Position numbers and translations under genes: made by a program. The notes beneath the pieces are model-generated. The model saw only the letters and a list, made by a program, of their open reading frames with translations, did no database searches and had not been told where the DNA came from. Of a stretch of 64,000 nt of DNA, positions 57,597 through 64,000 are shown piece by piece. Source of the stretch: Alphaproteobacteria bacterium (GTDB lineage: Bacteria; Pseudomonadota; Alphaproteobacteria; UBA828). How positions within the stretch are numbered: the stretch's first letter is position 1; each line of letters begins with the position of its first letter. The stretch is from the NCBI GenBank assembly GCA_965214705.1, contig CBDCCI010000002.1, positions 1,824,001-1,888,000 of the forward strand, given 5' to 3'.

Positions 57597-59156
57597 ATGG
57601 CGCCCCGAGCGGCCTACTACCTCAGCACCCCGATCTACTACGTGAACGATTCGCCCCACATCGGGCACGCCTACACCTCGCTCGCCTGCGACGTGCTGGC
57701 CCGCTTCATGCGGCTCGACGGGCGCGACGTGATGTTCCTCACCGGCACCGACGAGCACGGCCAGAAGGTCCAGAAATCCGCGATTGCCGCCGGCATGGAG
57801 CCCCAAAAGTTCGTCGACCAGGTCTCGGAGCGCTTCCGCGCGCTTGGCGGGGTGATGGGCTACAGCAACGACGACTTCATCCGCACCACCGAGGACCGCC
57901 ACACCCGCTCGTGCCAGGAGCTGTGGCGCCGCATCGCGGCCAACGGCCACATCTACCTCGACAAGTATGCGGGCTGGTACTCGGTGCGGGACGAGGCCTT
58001 CTGCACCGAAGCGGAGGTCACGGACGGCCCCGGCGGCGGCAAGGTGACGGTGGCGGATGGCTCGCCGGTCGAATGGGTCGAGGAGCCGAGCTATTTCTTC
58101 CGCCTCTCCGACTGGCAGGAGCGGCTGCTGGAGTTCTACGAGAAGAACCCGCAGGCGGTGGCGCCCGAGAGCCGGCGCAACGAGGTGATCAGCTTTGTTT
58201 CCGGCGGACTGAACGACCTTTCGATATCCCGCGCGAGCCTAAAATGGGGCATTCCGGTGCCGGACGCGCCGGACCACACCATGTACGTGTGGCTCGACGC
58301 GCTCACCAACTACATCAGCGCCGCCGGCTTCCCCGATACCGAGTGCGACACCTGGCGCACCTACTGGCCCGCCGACCTGCACATGGTGGGCAAGGACATC
58401 CTGCGCTTTCACACGGTCTACTGGCCGGCCTTCCTGATGGCGGCGGGGGTGGAGCCGCCGACCCGCGTCTTCGCCCACGGCTGGTGGACCAACGAAGGCG
58501 AGAAGATGTCGAAGTCGCTCGGCAACGTGATCGACCCGCATCAGATCGTCGCGCGCTACGGGCTGGATGCCGTGCGCTACTTCCTGCTGCGCGCGCTGCC
58601 CTTCGGCAGCGACGGCGACTTCTCGCACCGGGCGATCGTGGGCCGCATGAACGACGACCTGGCCAACGACTACGGCAACCTGGCGCAGCGGGTGCTGACA
58701 ATGGCTTACCGCAACTGCGGCGCCGCCGTGCCGGAACCCGGCGCCTTCACGGCGGCGGACGAGGCGATGCTGGGCGCGGCGGAGGCGCTGGTGGGAACGG
58801 TGCGCGCGGACATCGGCGAGCAGTCGTTCCACCGCGCGTTGATCCACATCTGGGAGGTGGTGGGCCAAGCCAACCGCTACGTCGACGAGCAGGCGCCCTG
58901 GGTGCTGCGCAAGGAGGACCCGGCGCGCATGGCGACGGTGCTTTATGTGGTGATGGAGACCCTGCGCCATCTGGCTGTGCTGACCCAGGCGTTCATGCCG
59001 GACTCCAGCGGGCGTATGCTGGACCAGCTGGGGGTGGAGGCGGACGCGCGCGACCTCGCGGCGCTGGGCCCGGACGGGCGGCTCTCGGCGGGGACGCCGC
59101 TGCCGAAGCCGGCGCCGATTTTCCCGCGATTCGTGGAGGGTAGCGCGGACTCCTGA
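57597..59156 (+). CDS. metG: Methionine--tRNA ligase
   Basis: PIYYVN..PHIGH, GTDEHG, YVWLDAL, GKDI and KMSKS. Confidence 0.96.
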   Translation: MAPRAAYYLSTPIYYVNDSPHIGHAYTSLACDVLARFMRLDGRDVMFLTGTDEHGQKVQKSAIAAGMEPQKFVDQVSERFRALGGVMGYSNDDFIRTTEDRHTRSCQELWRRIAANGHIYLDKYAGWYSVRDEAFCTEAEVTDGPGGGKVTVADGSPVEWVEEPSYFFRLSDWQERLLEFYEKNPQAVAPESRRNEVISFVSGGLNDLSISRASLKWGIPVPDAPDHTMYVWLDALTNYISAAGFPDTECDTWRTYWPADLHMVGKDILRFHTVYWPAFLMAAGVEPPTRVFAHGWWTNEGEKMSKSLGNVIDPHQIVARYGLDAVRYFLLRALPFGSDGDFSHRAIVGRMNDDLANDYGNLAQRVLTMAYRNCGAAVPEPGAFTAADEAMLGAAEALVGTVRADIGEQSFHRALIHIWEVVGQANRYVDEQAPWVLRKEDPARMATVLYVVMETLRHLAVLTQAFMPDSSGRMLDQLGVEADARDLAALGPDGRLSAGTPLPKPAPIFPRFVEGSADS

Positions 59157-59176
59157 GTCTACAGGCGAGCACGGGG

Positions 59177-59971
59177 ATGCTGGTCGACAGCCACTGCCAT
59201 CTGGACTTTCCCGACTTCGGCGACGACCTCGACGGCGTGCTCGCCCGTGCAGCCGAGGCCGGAGTCGGCACCGTGCAGACCATCTGCACGCGGGTGACCC
59301 GGTTCGACACGGTTCGCGCGCTGGCGGAGGACCACGAGCGGATCTGGTGCTCGGTCGGGATCCATCCGCACCACGTGGCCGAGGAGCCGGAGGTGAGCGC
59401 CGAGCACCTCGTGCGCATGGCGGACCATCCGAAGGTGATCGGGATCGGCGAGACCGGGCTGGATTTCCACTACGACAACAGCCCGAGGCCGCAGCAGGAG
59501 GCGAGTTTCCGCCAGCACATCGCGGCGGCGCGCAAGACCGGGCTGCCGCTCATCGTGCACACGCGCTCGGCGGACGAGGATACCTGCCGAATCCTGCGTG
59601 AGGAGGCGGGGAAGGGGGCCTTCCCCGGCGTCATTCACTGCTTCAGCGCAGGTCTCGCCGTGGCCGAGACCGCGCTCGACATCGGTCTTCACGTTTCGTT
59701 CTCCGGGATTCTCACCTTCAAGAAGGCCGAGGAGGTGCGCGCCGCCGCCCGCGACGTGCCGGTGGACCGCCTGCTGGTGGAGACCGACGCGCCCTATCTC
59801 GCACCGGTGCCGCATCGCGGCCGGCGCAACGAGCCTGCGCACGTGGTGCACACCGCCGCCCGGCTGGCCGAGATCAAGGGGCTGGACGAGGCCGAACTGG
59901 CCCGCGTGACCACCAAAAATTTCTTCAGGCTGTTCTCCAAGTCCACGCCGCATTCGCCTGATATGGCATGA
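59177..59971 (+). CDS. tatD: TatD family DNase
   Basis: DSHCHLD, GIHPH, IGETGLD, HCF and ETDAPYL. Confidence 0.93.
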   Translation: MLVDSHCHLDFPDFGDDLDGVLARAAEAGVGTVQTICTRVTRFDTVRALAEDHERIWCSVGIHPHHVAEEPEVSAEHLVRMADHPKVIGIGETGLDFHYDNSPRPQQEASFRQHIAAARKTGLPLIVHTRSADEDTCRILREEAGKGAFPGVIHCFSAGLAVAETALDIGLHVSFSGILTFKKAEEVRAAARDVPVDRLLVETDAPYLAPVPHRGRRNEPAHVVHTAARLAEIKGLDEAELARVTTKNFFRLFSKSTPHSPDMA

Positions 59972-60738
59972 AAATCACCATTCTCGGCTGCGGCACGTCG
60001 AGCGGGGTTCCGATGATCGGCTGCGACTGCGCGGTGTGCCGCTCGCCGGACCCGCGCAACCGCAGGCGCCGGGTCTCGGTGCTAGTGGAATCGGGTGACG
60101 CGCGGCTCCTGATCGACACGCCGCCGGACCTGCACGCGCAGCTGGTGGATGCCGAGGTCACGCACCTGGATGCGGTGCTCTACACCCACGGCCATGCCGA
60201 TCATGTGCATGGCATCGACGACCTGCGCTCGATCAATTTTCATACCGGGCGGGCGCTCGACACCTATGGCTCGGCCACGACTCTGGCAGCGATCCAGGGG
60301 CGCTTCGCCTATGCCTTCGAGCCCATGGGCACAAGGGGTTGGGCGAAGCCGAGCCTGAATCCGGTGGCGGTGGACGGGGCGTTCGAGGCGGCAGGCGTCG
60401 CGGTGACGCCGTTCCCGCAGGAGCACGGGCGCAGCATCACCACCGGCTACCGGATCGGCGCCATGGCGTATTCCACGGATGTGAAAGCGTTCTCGGAGGA
60501 GGCCTTCGCCGCGCTGGAGGGCGTCAAGCTCTGGATCGTCGATTGCCTGGGCTACCGGGAGCATCCCACGCACGCGCACCTCGACCTCACACTCGAATGG
60601 ATCGCGCAGGTGAGGCCGAAGCTTGCGGTGCTGACCCACATGTCCCATCAGTTCGACTACGAGACACTGCGGGCGGCGCTGCCGGCCGGCGTGGTGCCGG
60701 GGCACGACGGGCTCACGATCGAGACGGATCAACTTTGA
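59968..60738 (+). CDS. MBL-fold metallo-hydrolase (PhnP-like)
   Basis: LGCGTSSGVP, THGHADHVHGIDD and LTHMSH. Confidence 0.9.
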   Translation: MKITILGCGTSSGVPMIGCDCAVCRSPDPRNRRRRVSVLVESGDARLLIDTPPDLHAQLVDAEVTHLDAVLYTHGHADHVHGIDDLRSINFHTGRALDTYGSATTLAAIQGRFAYAFEPMGTRGWAKPSLNPVAVDGAFEAAGVAVTPFPQEHGRSITTGYRIGAMAYSTDVKAFSEEAFAALEGVKLWIVDCLGYREHPTHAHLDLTLEWIAQVRPKLAVLTHMSHQFDYETLRAALPAGVVPGHDGLTIETDQL

Positions 60739-60864
60739 ACGCTGCCGCGCTACGCTCAAGCGGCCGCACCTATTGCATAACCTATTGTGGCCAGTGTAGC
60801 TGTATCCGAGCAATCCAATGGGCAACGTATAGATGAGCGTCACGGATAATGGAACCTATGAATT

Positions 60865-61653
60865 ATGCTGAAGTTTCAAGGCGGCAGAATTCTTAGATTG
60901 TTTGATGTGCTACATCGCATGGAAAAACTTGCCATTGGCGATCCAACTGCGGCACATGGCGATGCGACTTATCGAAAGAGCTTGAGTTCTAGTGTTGAAA
61001 TGCTGATTGGTGAGCCGGAAATACTCAACGCACCTGTTTCGATAAAGCACGCGCGCACTATACTTATGTACGCTAATGCCTCAAGAGAACGGTGTGGGCC
61101 AGCTGCATTTGTTAAGCTAATATCTCAATCTTTAGAGGAACTTAGAGAACGCATCAAAGACGAATTGGATGACCGCACATTATATTACTTGGGACCGAAG
61201 GAGTCTGAGTTACTACTGGTCGGAAATTACACTTTCGGTAATGAGGTGCTGGATGCCTTTCCAAAGGCCTCGGCTGACATGTCAGAAGCTGTGGCGTGCT
61301 TAGTTTGGGGCAGATATACGGCTTGCGTCTTCCACCTCATGAGAGTCATGGAAATTTCCTTACATGAGGCCGGAGAGAAGCTTGGTGTGAACATTGTGGG
61401 CAAGGATGGAGAATTTCGTGAGTGGGGACCCATCACTCGCCAAATGGACGACGCCATTGGGAGACTGGCGAGCAAAGACGAAAAGCGACGGTGGTCAGAA
61501 GTCCGCGCGCTTCTGGATCATGTCAGGCACTGCTGGAGGAATGCCACGATGCATCCACGGCGCACCTATACCCATGAGGAAGCTCTCGCGGTATTCGACG
61601 CAGTGAAGTCGTACCTTCGTTCTGTTTCCGCTTTGGTGAGCCGCGAGGTGTAA
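60865..61653 (+). CDS. Hypothetical protein with a C-terminal HEPN (DUF4145-like) domain
   Basis: EA..C...RYTACVFHLMR.ME and the RxxxxH motif RNATMH. Lower GC than neighbours; interrupts the MBL-mazG synteny. Confidence 0.65.
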   Translation: MLKFQGGRILRLFDVLHRMEKLAIGDPTAAHGDATYRKSLSSSVEMLIGEPEILNAPVSIKHARTILMYANASRERCGPAAFVKLISQSLEELRERIKDELDDRTLYYLGPKESELLLVGNYTFGNEVLDAFPKASADMSEAVACLVWGRYTACVFHLMRVMEISLHEAGEKLGVNIVGKDGEFREWGPITRQMDDAIGRLASKDEKRRWSEVRALLDHVRHCWRNATMHPRRTYTHEEALAVFDAVKSYLRSVSALVSREV

Positions 61654-61737
61654 GAATGGATCGCGCGATCGAGACGGATGGGCTGTGATGCGGCGCCTAA
61701 GTCATTGTAGCGCTGCGGACTCTCGGAAGAGTCAATT

Positions 61738-61765
61738 ATTTTCCATAATATATCTTATGCGAATT
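61738..61765 (-). other. dif-like XerC/XerD recombination site
   Basis: Minus strand AATTCGCATAA-GATATA-TTATGGAAAAT; 11-6-11 layout matching E. coli dif GGTGCGCATAA-TGTATA-TTATGTTAAAT. Confidence 0.8.
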
Positions 61766-61789
61766 AGACATGAGGATGGCCGGTTGGGA

Positions 61790-61835
61790 CGGACGGCGCA
61801 TCGGACGGCGCATCGGACGGCGCATCGGGCGGCGC
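61790..61835. repeat. 12-bp tandem repeat (CGGACGGCGCAT x3 plus a degenerate partial copy)
   Basis: Read directly from the sequence. Confidence 0.9.
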
Positions 61836-61896
61836 GCGCGGGCCTGCCCCGCCCCGGACGCTTCATTCCGCCCGCGGCCGATATGGACCCGGATTG

Positions 61897-62793
61897 ATGA
61901 GCGACGCGCCGCCGCCGGACCGCGCGGAAGCTGCCTCCGCGGGCATCGACCGACTGCTCGACGTGATGGCGCGGCTGCGCAATCCGGATGGCGGCTGCCC
62001 GTGGGACCTCGAGCAAAGTTTTGAGACCATCGCGCCCTACACCATCGAGGAAGCCTACGAGGTCGCCGAGGCGATCCGGCAGGACGACCGCGCGGCGCTC
62101 CGCGACGAGCTGGGCGACCTGCTGCTGCAGGTGGTCTTCCACGCGCAGATGGCGCGGGAGGACGGCAGCTTCGACTTCGACGAGGTCGCGCGCGGCATCG
62201 CGGAGAAGATGATCCGCCGCCATCCCAACGTCTTCGGCGACGACGAGTCCGACGCGCGGCACTCGGCGCCGGCGCAGATGCGCTCCTGGGAGGCCCAGAA
62301 GGCCGCCGAGCGCGAGGCCAAGGCCGAGGCCGAAGGACGCCGGCCCAGCGTGCTGGATGGCGTCGCGCTGGCCCTCCCTGCCCTACTCCGTGCCGAGAAG
62401 CTCCAAAAACGCGCGGCCCGCGCGGGCTTCGACTGGCCGGGGCCCGAGCCGGTCTTCGCCAAGGTGCTGGAAGAGGTCGCCGAGCTGCGCGATGCCAACT
62501 CGGCGGCGGGGCACGATAAGGCGGCGGTTGCCGAGGAGGTCGGCGACCTGCTGTTCGCTTGCGTCAATCTCGGCCGGCACCTGGGCGTGGATCCCGAGGC
62601 CGCGCTGCGTGCCGCCAACGCCAAGTTCACCGCGCGCTTCCACCGTGTCGAGGCAGCGCTGGCGGACTCGGGCCAGAGCGCTGCCGACGTCGGCCTCGCC
62701 GAGCTGGACCGCCTGTGGGAAGAAGCTAAGCGCGCGGAGCGCACGCCACCGGCAGCCGGCACAGCGCCGGCCGATCCGACGCGGGGAGAATAG
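61897..62793 (+). CDS. mazG: Nucleoside triphosphate pyrophosphohydrolase MazG
   Basis: GCPWDLEQ, EEAYEV, DELGDLLLQVVFH, KMIRRHP and EEVGDLLF. Confidence 0.95.
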   Translation: MSDAPPPDRAEAASAGIDRLLDVMARLRNPDGGCPWDLEQSFETIAPYTIEEAYEVAEAIRQDDRAALRDELGDLLLQVVFHAQMAREDGSFDFDEVARGIAEKMIRRHPNVFGDDESDARHSAPAQMRSWEAQKAAEREAKAEAEGRRPSVLDGVALALPALLRAEKLQKRAARAGFDWPGPEPVFAKVLEEVAELRDANSAAGHDKAAVAEEVGDLLFACVNLGRHLGVDPEAALRAANAKFTARFHRVEAALADSGQSAADVGLAELDRLWEEAKRAERTPPAAGTAPADPTRGE

Positions 62794-63315
62794 CGCGGTT
62801 TAACCCCCACTCCCGTAAAGGCCATCGTTTATTTGCGACAATTCGAAAAGAGAGACAATTAGGGCCGATAGGGTGTCTTACATTAATTCTTCACTAACTC
62901 AGTGATCGTCAACATATTCTGACCCGACGTAGCACCAAGTTCACCATTCTGTTTGAAACACATTATTTTGGACGTGTCTATTCGGATATATCACTATAGT
63001 CGGCATGTGTTCCTCTTATGGGTGGCACGGGCAGGGTTCTTTCAATGCTGACGCCGTGGTATGCTTCGAAGGCATAGACCAGAGTCACTTCACGAGGAAG
63101 CTCCTCGGAATGGCTACAAACAAGCTCTGCAACCCACGCGGAAGTTCAATTGAGTGCGCTCGACTAGCTGAGGGCCCAGTGGCTATTGCCCCTCTGATAC
63201 CGTTTACATTCGAGCAAAGTTTCCCAACCATCCAAACCGCGCTGGGTTCAAGACGGCAAGGACGTACAGGGGTGAATTGGTGCTCGAGTAGGCGCGTGGC
63301 ACCTAAGCAGGAGAA

Positions 63316-63852
63316 ATGACGATGACCCATCTGACAAGAATCACCACGGTCATGCTGGCAACGGTTGCTCTTGGTTTCGGTATTGCCGGATGTCAGCCCT
63401 AAGGCGAGGCTCCGGCGACTGACGCCATGATGGATGACGCAGACACGTCAGCCGCCCAGGAAGACACGTCAGCTGCCCGAGAAATGGCTCCTGACGATAT
63501 TGAGCTTCTAAGCGCTTCTGAACAGGAAGAGTTGCTGGTTGGAAATACCATCATAGGAGTCTACGAGCCTTGGAAGCTGAACTGGGCTGAGTATTTCGCA
63601 CCGGACGGAACGGTAAAGGCGAGGCTGAAGTTCGAGGGTCAAGATGAAATGAACATGACTGGAACACACTACACAATCTCGGACGATCGTTGGTGTAACG
63701 AGTATCCGGAGGCGCAGGGGGAGCAGAAGGTGTTTTGCCATCAGCTTTATTCGCTGGGCGACGGTCGTTACGGGCAACTCGAAGCCGACGGCACCGTAGA
63801 AGCGACCTACACTCAAATTCTTCCGGGTGAACAGCTGGATGCGCTCGAATAG
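63316..63852 (+). pseudogene. Lipoprotein (DUF995-like) interrupted by an in-frame TAA at 63400-63402
   Basis: AGGAG RBS; signal peptide MTMTHLTRITTVMLATVALGFGIAGC (lipobox), then QP-stop-GEAPATDA in frame with ORF 63427-63852 (LVGNT, EYFAPDG, WC..Y, C..L). Confidence 0.65.
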
Positions 63853-64000
63853 GGAGCCCGCAAAGGCTTATAAGACCGGAGCTGTCTAAACTGGACATAA
63901 GCCAGCCCTCTCGGGAAGGTACGCGCTCCCCGCCATCCGACTGATGCCACTTGCGGGTGCAGGGTCAGGCAGATTGGGAACCGTGTCGCTCCTGATGGCG

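Noticed and set aside
8681-59953. Many long overlapping or antisense ORFs (e.g. 8681-10375, 21164-23002, 32651-34321, 45990-47855)
   Set aside because: These are shadow ORFs expected in high-GC DNA opposite well-supported genes, with no recognisable motifs.
60770-60795. Second dif-like site (TATTGCATAA-CCTA-TTGTGG) that would make the HEPN gene a dif cassette
   Set aside because: The spacer is 4 bp rather than 6 and the XerD arm is poor; too weak to call.

Overview
High-GC alphaproteobacterial chromosome segment, inferred from the bcp-glnE-YhdP and mltB-rlpA-dac-tmk-holB-metG-tatD-MBL-mazG synteny. It probably lies at the replication terminus, because a 28-bp XerCD dif-like site sits at 61738-61765. 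The left ~35 kb is catabolic and transport genes: a Mo-hydroxylase, hydrolases, maeB, mgtE, a TRAP transporter, an Urt-like ABC transporter, an unusual three-gene glutamate-synthase-like module, a LarA-family protein and an AOR-family oxidoreductase. Several small accessory cassettes are inserted between core genes. (1) A low-GC 2.6-kb island (35979-38549) encodes a UG/Abi(DRT)-type reverse transcriptase translationally coupled to a PD-(D/E)XK nuclease. This is the best candidate for an undescribed antiphage system. (2) An IS110 element splits a class III aminotransferase at an AG/CT core. Its bridge-RNA target and donor guides can be read from the sequence, and its left end carries a perfect 136-bp tandem duplication ending at the guide. 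(3) A HEPN-like gene lies next to dif. (4) A NYN RNase gene has a 5' hairpin. (5) An orphan Phd antitoxin is followed by a possible VapC remnant. No rRNA, tRNA or CRISPR array was seen. All protein calls come from motif recognition by eye; no database searches were run.
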